A stretch of 64,000 bases of DNA from assembly GCF_964204645.1 (NCBI RefSeq), contig NW_027437472.1, forward strand, positions 1 to 64,000, written 5' to 3'. Under the pieces are notes generated by a model. That model worked only from the letters and a program-made list of their open reading frames with translations. It made no database searches and was not told the DNA's origin. This document shows, piece by piece, positions 15,560 to 28,900 of the stretch. A program made the position numbers and the translations under genes. The number at the start of each line of letters is the position of its first letter. The first letter of the stretch is position 1. Source of the DNA: Tubulanus polymorphus. Its lineage: Eukaryota; Animalia; Nemertea.

Positions 15560-18377
15560 AATGAAATACATGTAGATGACAAAAGTTCCTCTTCTACATT
15601 GGGTACAAATTATTCTAGTGGCTGGAACCCGACTATCATCTGATAATGCTGTACATATATAGATAAAATTTGACATCAGGGTTTCGCCTATAAATGCATA
15701 TGAAATGATGGTGTTTCAAATGCTGTGATCAAAATTTCAGTGAAATTCATGATAAAACAAAATTCTAGTTTCTGAGAGTAAAAAAGCTGCATTAATGATT
15801 TCAACAACAATCTAGTATTTAACAATTAACACGTTCCAAAACTTTCAACATTTGATGTAGGGTACATGTAAATATTGAAAAAAAGAACATGTTCAAGTTG
15901 AGAAAAACAATTGGCAATTTATACATGTAATACCGATTCATAAAAAACTGTCCATATCGACTTAAAGCAGAAAGCATCGAGCTTAAGTGGCCAGGTTGGT
16001 TTCCGGAATCTGGCGGTCGTAAATGACAGCCGGTTTCCTGTCCAGCATTAGAAACAAGGCAATTAGGATCACCTTCATCAATACCTCCCCTTCTTAACGA
16101 TCGTTTCTCATTATCGATGGCTATAAAACAAAGACTCAACCAGAATAACAAGGTGAAAGTTTTATCAGGGCTACACGGCGATGTGTATTGATGCATTGAG
16201 ACAAGGTCGCACAATTTGATTTTCAAACCTCGGACTGTTGAGTAGCGGTGATTCAAGATCACCTCTTGTCAAAGTACGCAAGAAAAAGCCACCCTCCGTA
16301 AAAAGGAAGTTCAAAAAGGATCATTAAACAGTCCGAGAAAGAAGTAGGTGCTGACCAAGAATGAAGTACTGTCAGTAAAGTCAGAGAAAGGACTCAAAAA
16401 GAATCAATGATCAGCAACTCAAAAGACCAGGAGGGTATGGCGACTAAAAGGTCCTAACAAACGCTCTGTAAATTGGCTTGTTACTCGAATGTTGACGGAT
16501 CAATATCGCCCATCAAGCCATGATTGTTTGTCAGCGGAATAATGCAGATTTTGCACGTCTGTTCCGATTGCTGAAACTGAACGCCGCGATGTCATCCTAT
16601 TGTCTTCTCGATAACGAAGTTACCTGAGCGCGACGTCGAATCGCGAGCAAAACGACGACGACTCTTCGCGCGTTGCGACCAATTTTCGTTTCCTTCGCGA
16701 CGACGCTGATTCGATTTATACTTTCCTAACGATTCGAATTCTGCGCGTAACGCGTAATTCTATTACGCGAATAACGGCAGGTAGAAAAATTCACACTCGG
16801 CTACTTAACGCCGTAAACTCAATTGGACGACGTCGTGAATGCGAAAGGTAGAAATAATTATCGCCGAGGTGGAATTCGGATCGGCAGGTTCGCGCGCCGG
16901 TTTAACAACACGGCAATACGTTATCAATACAGCTGATTGCCACCGTGACAATTGAATTTTACATCGTGGTGAAAGTATAATTCTCAATTCACTCATCTTG
17001 CCAACGCAACGTGCGCGCGATTCTATAAATGTTTGTTCTTTATCGATACAAGAGAGATTGAGAAATACGCAGCAAAAGAGGGAGGGGCGACAATCCAGGG
17101 TCTAAAATCTGAGGGTCTAATAAATGTAAGAGGTAGGTATGAAAAGAATATCCGTACGGTTTCAAATGGTTTTTGGGATATATCCGGGGGATGAAGTTAA
17201 CTTTAACGACAACTTGAAAAAAGTGAATACAATTAAGAAGGTTTTAGGGTAAGGCCTATGGAATTAAGGTACCCTGGTATCAGTTAACCATCACCTATAA
17301 TTTTTTCAAGGGTTTTTTCATTATTCATTAGGCCTATTCATTATTTTAAGTCACAAAATAAGCAACGCCAAAAAGCTTAATGTCCAATGATAAATCAGCT
17401 CTAAAAGCTGGAAAAAGCTTCAATTTATGTTCGATAGATGGCGCTAGTGGTAGCTCAGCTGTCAAAATAACTTTGCTGACAAGGCAGTCACATTCCAATA
17501 ATAAGCCTAATCCCTAAATATCAGGACATAAACGTACCTAGAAGTTCTGGACCATATACAAACCAGGCCCAACACACCCCCCTTGGGTATGAACGCACAC
17601 AAAGATACACAAAGATACTGTGCTCCATTATTTTTGTTAAAGAAAATTTAGTAGATTACGCATTGTGTTTCAATGACTTTGTCTTATGAAATATTCACTG
17701 ATATCGGCTGGATATGTCTCTAAAACGTGTTAAATTTTCAGAATCTTTTGGAGGGAGGAACCCTAAACCCTTCGCGCAGGTAAGCTTTGCACCCGTGGTG
17801 CTTGCTCTGATGCCGTCGTCAAATAGGCCTAGGGCCGAAGTTCCGCCATATCTCAATAATTTGCACCCACCCAAAAGTGGAGTCTGGGTAAGGGCCTGCA
17901 AACTAACGTTTAATAGATATCGGGTCCGTAAGTTCAGGAGAGTTGTAGGCCTAGTGTGAGAGTGGCATGCATCGATAGCGGGTTACATAAAAAAGAGGGT
18001 TTTTAAAACGTAAGTGCGTCGTGTCTTCGGTGTTGGAAGAGACTTTTTAAAATTAAGGTGTACACGTCAGGCGCACGTAGGCTAACCAGCGGGGGTACCA
18101 CAGGGGCTACAGTTCACCCCCAAACTTCAAATACGAGCCCATGTGGCATACAATGGTCTCGGGCAGTCTGTTTAATACATTACAAAAGAAACTTGCGCTC
18201 TGGTGGTTGTGACTCGCTGGGGCTGGGGTTGGGTTGAGGCTGTGGTAATCGTTCAAATGATTAGACTGGTTCCCAAGTAATCAGTCTATCAAATGATATA
18301 CGTGATGGTGCGGCGTTCGAATCCAAGATATTTCATTTTGTGAACAACGGCTGCGAGTTACCCGGTTAGCGGTAAAT

Positions 18378-19097
18378 AGATCCCCTGAGTAAAAATCCCC
18401 TTGGTAAAAATTCCCTAGGTAAAAATCCCCTCGGTAAAAATCCCCAATACTTCAGTAAAAATCCCCCTCCTTTTGAATGGATTGTAAGTTATTATTGATA
18501 CATACCGTAGGCCTATATCCAATGTATTCATATTTTACTGTGGAAGGATATCATGAGCATAACTATAGTATTTTGGAATTAAAACATACCACAAATTAAC
18601 AGTTCATTAATATACTTAATTAGTACAAGTTATCGCTTAATGAAAGGGTTCATCGCACATTTCAAATATATCACACTAGCTTGAATCTAAAATATTTCAA
18701 ATTTATTATTTCTAATAATTAATGGCATCGCACAGCTGAAATATACCGTTAACAAGAGTTCACAGTCCAAAAATATTCCAGTTCGAATTTTAAGATATTA
18801 CAAATAAAGTTCATTATTCTTATCAATTCTAACAATTTTCTATATTCTAAGAGTTTATTTAAGAATCGCAACGAAAGATGTCATCGCACAGTTCAAACAT
18901 ATTTCAGTCTCATTGCGAATGAATGGAATTGGAGAAACATCTTGCTTTCAAATGTTCTTGAAAATCACCCCAAGTTGGGGATTTTTACCTACTTTGAATA
19001 TTTGGGGATTTCTACGGGATTTTTGCCGTTTTCATTCAGAATCAATAATGTATGATATGAGGTCTCCAAACCTAACTCTAATCCTAACCCTAAACTG
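18378..19097. mobile_element. Repeat element with 15-bp tandem subrepeats (GGTAAAAATCCCC) at one end, inverted copies at the other, and a CCTAAC-type tail (foldback or Helentron-like)
   Basis: About five GTAAAAAT(C/T)CCC units at 18378-18468; GGGGATTTTTACC-type units at 18976-19025; CCTAACTCTAATCCTAACCCTAA at 19071-19093. Confidence 0.55.
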
Positions 19098-19215
19098 AGG
19101 TATGGAATCAACAATATTGGATTTGTAACAATGGCATAGTTCATTGGTCTTTATTCGATTAATCTTACAAATAGTGATTCATTTTATATTTCCTGAGAGT
19201 GAAAATGATTTTTTG

Positions 19216-21963
19216 ATGGCTGATCTTTTATCTTTACTAGTCTTAAACAATGATGAACTAGTCCTACTACTGCAATTAATTATTGGGGTTTAAATCGGCA
19301 ATTGACGTTAATGAATTTTACTTTGTGAAAAACATGGTGGCTTGTTATTTGAAATGACATGTAAATTATGATAAATCTGTCTGAAATTTTTTGCTTTCTT
19401 CACTTTGTTTCAGCCAAACTACATCATCAAAAAGACACCCGCTAGTGATTGACCCATTTGCAGATGATAACTGCAGAAGCCCAGGTGATAAGTTGAGCCA
19501 GCGACGGATTCTTCTACAATCGGTTGTTGATTTCTATAAAACATTTTATCAGGAGCAGCAGAGGCAATAGTGTATCTTATAAACACTAATTCGCGCAGCA
19601 ATGCTAATGGATTATCTTATAAACACTGATTCAGGATAAACCGTTGTTTTAGAAGCAGCAAAGACAATTATGTAGAGGAGCAGCATAAACAATAGTACAT
19701 CTTATAAACACTGAAATCCAGGAGCGGCGAAGATAATAGCGCACTTCTGTAGTAAAGAATTGATTTTTTTACTTATCACCTTTTTTCAAACCAGTCTGAT
19801 GGATAATATAGTGTTTTCGAGGAAACTATTTTATAATGTTTTATGCAATGTGAGTGTCTAATAAAAGCTTAGCTCCATAATTCAAGATATTGGTCTTCGA
19901 TCCTTGGTTGATAGATAAGTCAAGTAAGGTTAGTGACGAGAGGTAAATGTCAGCATCGAGCGCCTAGTTTGGACTCCTAGGTCTGTTGAGTTAACACCTT
20001 AAGTGAGATATGGTTTCAACATGATATTGTGAGTTTTATCTTCGTGCTTACTGTAGCTAAACGTAGTCAACAGTGGCTATGCCCCTGTCTGGCTTTGCCC
20101 AAGGTACCACATAGTTAGGAAACATAGAACATAGCGTTAGGCCAGTGCTCTATCTGCAAATAAGTATTTGCGGAATTGTAGATGTATTAATTTGACGGCA
20201 TTTTATGATATTTTTTCAAAGGCCTGTGTAACCAATTTGACAACTGAAATGTACATGTCAATTTTCACATCGAGTTTTAACTTTGAGCCTCCATTAATGC
20301 GTTTGATGATCATAGCTACGTATTTGAAAACAAAAGCTTCATCTAAAAGGAGACCATTATTCACATTTGATAGGTAAAGCTAGGAATAACGAGGCATAAA
20401 GTTATAGTTAGGCCTAATTTTGAACGTTTCAACATACACATGTTTATAGCTATTTGAACTTCTTTTATTTTAATTTGTAAATCCATATCACGAGTATAAT
20501 GATTATTAAGGAGTGGCAGTGAATCGGTAGTGCTTTTTAAAAATGGGCCCAGAACTTTACGGTGAAAAAATGCCTGCAGTTGTAAATAGAGGAGTTTAAA
20601 TAATACATAGGCCTAAGCCTAATATAAACACACATTTATTACATAAATTAATAAAGAATTGAATAAATAAAAAAACCAATAAATAATAAATAGTAAATAA
20701 TACAAAATACAAGCACATAAATAAATAGATAATATAAAAAATAGATAAAAACGATAAACAGCAATACAAACAAACAACAAATTAATACTCTATTTACATG
20801 AAAAAGCATTTTTTCAAATATTTATCAACAAGGTTCTTCATTCATCGAACAACCTTCTTTAAGTATGCCAAAACCCCGAGATCTTTTCTGTTGTTATTCA
20901 AAGCATTCTATCGGACTCAGTTATTGTAATGAACAAAACAAATAACCATAAACCTCAACTTAATCGAACACACTTAAGATAACTAATATGATATAATGCT
21001 TTGAATAACTGTGAAAGATCGACCATCCTTTGAACTAGCCGCGCTCAATCACTGCTGTGACTGTTTATTGTTATACTGGGGTAGACTTACTGTCTAAAAA
21101 TCTGGTAAATACATTTTACTTTTTTAAAAGAATGTTTAACAGCTATAAACTTAAGTTATTGATTAGTTACTTATTGTATAATTATGTTGATCTTTTCGAA
21201 GCTGGAAGAAAAAACGTCAGAAGTCAGGGCAAAGTTGGCAAAATTCAAGTTTTCTAGTGAAAGTAATGTTAATGAAAATGAAACTAAGACTGATTAATTG
21301 ATACCAAGATTTCCAGAGTGAATCTGAGTGTCTCATCTCTAGTTTTAATGCTTTTATGCTGGAGACTGTTATTGTAACACAGTTCGCGTGTTTGTAAATT
21401 AGGAACTTGCATGATGATTCCTCAATTAAGATATTATTGTTGTGTGAATAAAACGATGTACATTTTCATCATTGTGTTGAAACATTTCAGTTGGTAAGTT
21501 TTATAGCAACAATTCCACTGTGGTGCTTTTCAGTGGTTCATAAAATACTGATTTTATTAAGGGCCTGTCGAAAATAGCAGCAGTTTCTTTGAGGATACAG
21601 TGCTTATTGGTCAATTGTCCTAGCTTTGTTTTGATTATCGGTTTAACCGCGTCTGTGTGGGGGCCTGTATTATCTGGACAAGAAGAATTTCTGATCTTTA
21701 TATTGAGTTGTATTTATATCTACCATCAAGTTGAATAATGTAATTAAGAAGTTACTGTAGCTTTGTCAGTCAAACCATATTTGTTTGAAGATACGCGATT
21801 TATCTTGAATTGTCACGAAGAAAAACCTTTATAATAGTTTGCAGGGTTAGATCCAAGGAATAAATGCCACTTGACCTTGGGGCAAGTTTATATGTAATAT
21901 CTCTTGACCCTCAAAAATCAATTTGTCCTATATGAGCAGTGCGGTTGTGACACATTCATCCCT
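19216..21963 (+). repeat. Copy 1 of a long non-coding dispersed direct repeat (further patchy similarity to about 22230)
   Basis: Colinear similarity to 41179-44187, from ATGGCTGA.CTTTTATCTT.ACTAGTCTTAAACAATGATGAACTAGTCC through GTGACACA.T.ATCCCT. It contains a splice-acceptor-like site near 19413 and an AATAAA-rich tract at 20640-20800. Confidence 0.9.
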
Positions 21964-22321
21964 AGATGAAAATTAAATCAAAGACTGTTTAGTTAATCAT
22001 AAGCTTTCCAGTTTGAATTTGTGTTTTAATCTCTGGTTTTAATGTTTTTATGTTGGAGACTTTTTTTTTAATACAGATCATTTAGGTATAATTGTTGTGG
22101 GATAAAACGACATGTTCAATTGAACCATGACATGGGTGTATAAACTCTCGTTTATAGTTTATACGCCTATGGTGGTTGGACTAGTTTTTTTTGAAAGTCC
22201 ACGTGTTTGAGGAGCTTGCATTATTCCTCAAGCACTCCTATTTTGTATAATTGCTGTATGAGAATAAATATGATTGATTTTAAAATTTGTCATTCGTTTA
22301 GTTAAGTTTAATATAGCAAAT

Positions 22322-22557
22322 CCTGGGCCCAGTTTCACGAAAAATTTGAAGCCTGAAACGGTTTAGTTTGAATCGTTGTCCTTATTGAAAACATGATGTA
22401 ACCAATGGCATTTACACCAAAAAATGTGAGTTTAACTTTTTTGTGCTAAACTGAGCCCTGGGCCCTGGATTGAGGCCTAAATCGTTTAAGATAAACTGAA
22501 TTAATGAAAAAATTAAATCGATTTATGAGTTACACCTTTCTGTGAAACTGGGCCCTG
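22322..22557. mobile_element. MITE with GGGCCCAGTTTCAC terminal inverted repeats (possibly two nested or tandem copies)
   Basis: Left end CTGGGCCCAGTTTCAC, right end GTGAAACTGGGCCCTG, and an internal degenerate end AAACTGAGCCCTG at about 22448-22460. Confidence 0.7.
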
Positions 22558-22916
22558 TGTTTTATTCTTGCAATCTACTTTAATCCCAAAAAATAATCCC
22601 ACCAACTGGTGGTCCGCTGGCGCTGGCCGCCGACAACAAACCAGAGTACGACACTGTACGTTAATTACACTGGGCCCGTTAACAGTTGTTGACGCTCAAC
22701 TCGCAACTGGCAACTAGCAATCGGCAACTGGCAATGTCGTCTCAGGGCTTAATATATCGACAAGCCAAAATTGTCTATCGGAGTCTTTCTTACCGGTGCC
22801 AAAATACGTGATCTACAACTAATCTGTATTGTAAACGACCCAAACAATCAGTATTGTAAACCGCATGTAATCAATTCAATTAATTTTGTTATACACTCAA
22901 AAATAAAAGAAAAAAG

Positions 22917-25900
22917 ATGCCTAAAAAACAAGTGAGAAATAGTTTTTACTATTATATGGTGGAACAGAAACCAAAACTAGAAAGGCAAGGTCACAAATTT
23001 CCGAATGGTTTGCGAGATGTAGCTGGAGTCTGTCGTGACAGTTGGAAGGTAAGAAAGAAAGAAAGAACACACAATTATCCCCACACGACACAGGGGCTTG
23101 TAAACTGGCTTTGATTTTACTTCCGGGTTGTTGATAATCTCGCGAGAATGGCTCTAATTTAAACTGCAAATAAATTCAAAATATCACAGAATAACCTCTT
23201 GTTGATGTTGTTTATTTATCCACTATTATAGAGTTCCGATAAACAATTGGCTGTGAAGGATCAGTATCAGCGGGCGCGACACCTTACTATATTAAAATAA
23301 CAAGGGATGAAACGGCTTCGCTTTTGCCTGTGGCCGTATTGATGCGGCGGAAACCACTGCGCATGCATAGAGCTGCTTCGTCTATGTCAACTTTTTATCA
23401 TTTGTCAATGTTTTGTTTTGTTAATTTATTGCAAGTCTAATCCTAGGTATAAATGTTATATACGATATAATAAGTTCAAGTAGTTGTCTGATAGGGCGTC
23501 AAATTAGAAAAAAAACTGGAAATAACCTTTATTTGACGTTCTAGGGGAATCCGTAGATCGTCTGGTATTCGGACTGTCGGGGCCCCTGGCGCTATAAGAT
23601 ACGAGCGCCAGGTACTTGGCAAATTGAAATATTGTCACTTACTCTCAAGTGAATCTAATTGATAAACCTCTGATGCCATATATTTTGAAGGCGTTACCCG
23701 AACACGAAAAAGAGAAATATGAACAGAAAGCTCGAGAAGAGAAGGCTAAACTACGTGGCAGTGAAGGCGATAAATACCGAATGGACAATGTTGGCAATAT
23801 CTTGGCAGTAAGTTAATTTTTAGGACGGTACTTTTCAAAAGAACCAAAATTTGTTTGCAAGTTATATGAGGCAAAATCGCGTTTGAATAACAATTGTGAA
23901 GTTTTTATTATTCTTCAAGGACCGTGTTAACCCAGATGACGAACTCTCCAAAAGACAGATGAGGGAACGAAATTTGGTGAAGTCGAAATGGCCCCCAGGA
24001 AAAGGTATCCTATCATTACGATTAATTTGCTTTTGTCTCTATTCTACGAGAAATACAGTTTAAAAGCCACAGAAAATGGAGTCCAAAAGGTTTTTCTTGT
24101 CAGCTAGAGACGTGTATTTCAACATTTCGATTGTATCCTAATAGTCATTAGAGAATTTATGAAATACATCAACCTCACTCAACAGGGATTCGAAACTGTT
24201 GCCTCAGCGATTAGGTGCCATGCATAAAGTACGTACGCTTGATTTCCAGGTATTTTAACCCCCCTCATACGTACTTTATACACAGCCCCTTATACGACAA
24301 ACAATTTGATTGGTGCTACATGTACCTGTGCACCCGGTCTAGTATGGCAGGGTTGCATGCTGTGGCTGAATTTTGGAGGATGGAAATATATATATATCTA
24401 GGACAAAGAGAATAAAATGATCAGAACGCATACAAACTAGGGGATAATACATACAACAAACTGGAATGCAATTGTATACTACAGTAGTGAATATAAGTGA
24501 AAATCAAAATTGAATTTCAAATAGGCCTATTGATGTTTGAATTGTGAGTTTTTTACCGTATTATCATTTCAACTCAGCTCGAGTGTTTCATCGAGATTAT
24601 TCTCGAAAATCTATGAACATTTCTGGTTCTTCTTTTGTTTTTGCAGCGCTAGTCAACGAATCGTTCTTTTTCATCGATGTGTTATTGTTATGTAAGACGG
24701 AAGAAGGCGATTATTTGCCATGTGAAATCGGCCTCGTGCAATACAGCATGAAAAAAGGAATCATGAAAAAGTTCCAGAAGTTTATCGATACGGGTAAGTA
24801 TTTTGAGTAATCATGGTATATGGCTTAAAGAATTGATTTCTCGTTTCTGCTGAGCTTAAAAGTTGTCGCGGCTGGTTGTCTATCATGTGCTAACCATTAC
24901 ACACCCAGCTCCTGTACAAATGAATTGATTACAAATTTTATTGCGTTTTACAAAATGACTCGGCCGATTAGGAGAAACGACGTATCATTTTTCTGCCAAA
25001 CCCATACTTCCATTAGTCGTATTTAAAAATGACAGCCAGACTGCTATGATATACTCTCATAACTCTACTGTTTCATATGGATTCTCTTCATTTCTATATT
25101 TTCTCTATTTCTATATAAGCTCCCCATTTCTATTAGAGCATCTGACAGCTTAGCGATTTTCAGGCGACGTCTGAAAACGCATCTGTTTTCATAACTGGTA
25201 CAAAAGTGTCTTTGATCACATTTTTTGTGGATACAGGCACTATAAATACATTAATAATAATAATAATGATAATTTTCGATATATACTACATCTGTATGTA
25301 CCGGTATCTATAAGAAATAATCATTTCTATATTTTATGTTTTATCTGTAAAGTCTGTTGACATGTACCGGTATAGATAAACATTGTCATAATGACGCTAG
25401 GATGGCATGAAAACTAAATAAAAAATTGAACCGAAAGGAATTGATTGTTATTTTTAGGTGGAATTCCACTTGGCTACCGGTTCACTTGTAAGCAAAACAG
25501 TAAGTTGAATTTGATGTTACCCCGGTAACTGAAAAAACCCAAATGTGGATGTTTTAACTGTAAGTTTAAAAGCAATACGACTTCAGTTAGATTGAATACC
25601 TTTTTTGGACTGTGCCTCTATAATATGCATTTAACTGAAGCATTTCTCTTAAACCAATTAATATTCAAATTTCTGATTATAATGCTTCAGTGTTTTGTAC
25701 ATAACTTTCTACGTTTTCAGATCGCTTACATTGTATTTCTAATGATTGCAGGTGAAGAAACTCATAAAATTCCAATTGAAAACTTTGACAAAGCGACAGA
25801 TGATTATATGGGTGTTTGGTTGGAAATGATGAACTTCGTCAATCCAAATGGAGAAAGGGAAGAATATCCACCTCTTTACTGTCTGGTGAGATATATTCAT

Positions 25901-28900
25901 TGGTATTCTATCGGGGTTCATAGCAGCCCTTGAAGGTTCTTGTAAGTTTTGAAATGGGGATGGGTCAATTCATTTAGAATGGGCTCCAAAATCCATAAAT
26001 CATTGGTCCTTGAATGGCATCAGTCATTAGTTATCATCTGCAGGTCCGAGATACAAGTTCACTGTTACATCTCTCAAAATCTAAGAATGCCTGGAAAATG
26101 TAGATTTGAAGATTGAAGCGTGACAATTATATATAAATCCTGGAATTAGAGTTAAAAGAGTCGTTGGAAGACATAAAATGAGATCGGTCATGGACACCAT
26201 GAACCCTGTTCTATGCAGGTGTCAACGGGCCGTTAACGATGATTTCGCTACCATTTGTATTTCGAACAGACGAATAAGTTAGAAGATGTTGAGAATGGAA
26301 TGGACTGGCTGTACCGTCACACGCGTATGGGTACCTACAATCATCTGCAGAAGATCTACTGTCTGGAGACGTTGATGATAGATATATACGCACACGTCGG
26401 TAGAAATATCTCGGAGAGGTCCGTTTACGATACACTCACGTCAAGCGCGTACGATTACGAGAGAGGCGTTGTGTAAGTTGGCATTACAGCACCGGTAGGC
26501 TTAACCGTTTCCAAGCGATGCCTGGAATAAACGTCTGATTCAGGGTCCGTACGACTCCTTGATTCCCTGAAAACTCCTTCTGAACCAAAAATGTTTTCAA
26601 GGTCCTCGAATATCCTTGAATTTTAGCAAAATGCCCAAAAGTCCTTTGAAAACTCCTTGAACTTTGAGAAATTGACAATTTGAAAGTTTTTAGGGTTTGC
26701 CTACATGGCCTAGTAGTCATAGGCATAATACACAGATTCCTCCGAAAATTAAATGGTTTAGGTGGTTACTGAATTGGAAACCGAGTTTAGTTAGTGTTAA
26801 AGATTATATTTGCTTACGAAGTCACCGAATAAACAGTTTTCTGAGATAAATCATACTGATTTAGGAGGAGTCTACAGTAATTGAGATACGGTATAAAAGT
26901 GATACTCTTGAAATTTTCTCCTTGAAAAGTCCTTGAATTCAGGAATGACCGATCTGTCGGGACTGTGTGATTACTTATGATTTGACATTTTAGATGCCAA
27001 TGGCATGAAGAAAATGAATCAAAGTACTGCGCTTTTGGACACTGTCAGATCTATGCGTAAGTTAGATACAAATAATTCAGTCTGGATTAAGAGGAATCAG
27101 CTTTACTAACAATGTATAACGATGGTATGTATACCGGTATTTACAGGTATGGATTTTCTGACAGTCTGGCTGATAAGTACGATTTCAAAGTTAGCGGAAA
27201 AACACATCTTCCCCAAAAGTCATGGGATGCACCAAGGCCAACGGTATGACAATCAATATTCTGTCCTTCGGCTGAATTTATTTCAACTTGGTGGCCACTT
27301 GCCTGGAAATCATGAAAAAAGTCAGAAAATTTTGAAAAAAGCTAAAAATCAGGGAAATTTGTTGAGATTGCTAGATGGTGCGTGAAATCAAACTTGTTTA
27401 TGTCTTACATATGTCGACTGTGTTAATTGATTGGATTCCTAGCAGAGATCAAGTCATGGAAAGGGAAAAGTTTGGGAGAAAACGAGTCAAATAAAATTGA
27501 GAACCCTGTTCAATAAAAATTTGAATTCAATATACTCACATTTTTGGTACAACTGACTTGTTTGTAGTACTGCACTAGGATACTTATGGAAGAGATCCTA
27601 GAATGTTCGTTTTTAGATTCCGTATGTTTCACACCGAACTCTTGTTACAGCTCATCACTCCCACTGAACATCCATTTCAAACGCACACTTCATTCAGCAC
27701 GGTCAAAAATCGCAAACCGCGGAATGCCGGAGATTCGGCGGAATTCGGAAATCAGTCAGAATCTGACAGTAATTCTACGTTTGCCGCTCGAGATTACAGA
27801 TTAGCCGAAGTAAGTATCTGTATTTGTGAAAACGGTTTTGGACCCTTTCATGAGAGGTGGCTGCCTTTTGAGACCCCTATGACATCATTAATGTACCTTT
27901 TTAAACAATATGTTATCAATGTTTAATATGATATATTTATGTAAACTGCTCCAATACGCGGTGGAGAGCGGTATCGTATTATCATTATTATTATTATCAA
28001 ATTGCCTACTAGTGATTACATCTACTGACAGGTATGTTTTCTACAAAAGTCAATTGATAGAATCACTAGTAGATTTGTTAATGTTGGAGGAGGATTGAAG
28101 AGGCAGCGATGTTCTTATTAGAGTCTATATATCTAATAATTTGCATTCCTAGCTCGTATTTTTCATTTCTAGAATCCAGAATTTGGCGACTCCAATTTGG
28201 AAGATGATCAAAATGAACCGCAGTTGTCGGTGTCTGTTCGAAGACCGACTAAACCGAGTAAGTTAAACAAATAAAACTCATATTCCTTACTCGAATACAG
28301 AACCGGTTACTTGGCATTTACAACCGCACAAAAAAAATTTTTCAAACATTAGGTGTAGCTGGACAACTTCGTCAGCCCAGAAATCTTCCCCCTGGTTATA
28401 AGCCACAGTCATCCGCAAACAATGGTGCTACTGAACCCGAGGCGATGAAAGCTGGCGCGCCTGAAAAAAGTGCATTCCCGTGGGCAGTCACTGTTAAACC
28501 TACAGTTCCGAATCTTACCGACTCCGACTTTCCGGCACTGGGAGGTATGATCTAACATCATTTCATAGATTGTTTCAGGCTATATATTGTGTTCACTCTT
28601 TTCGTCTATCCATCGGAATCTAGTAATTTTGGGAAGTTTTGATGACGCTTCAATGGATTGTCTTGATATTTTGCTTTTAGGAGATATTTGGGTTGAAATT
28701 CATTTGATACTTTGCATAGTATTGACGAAAGGCAACTTTCTTAAGGGATCTTTCTGGAAATACTCCTTGACTAACCAGTCATCATTGAAATGTTGATGTC
28801 CCTGATGATGGTATCTGTTCAATGTTACCAAGGCCCCATTTCCATTTTGGAAAATTGAAAAATCCCCTAGAATACTCTGGAATTTCGAATTCATCTAACT

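Noticed and set aside
17430-17452. CTCF-like motif TAGATGGCGCTAG
   Set aside because: A single short motif that is also common in transposon ends; it cannot be supported from sequence alone.
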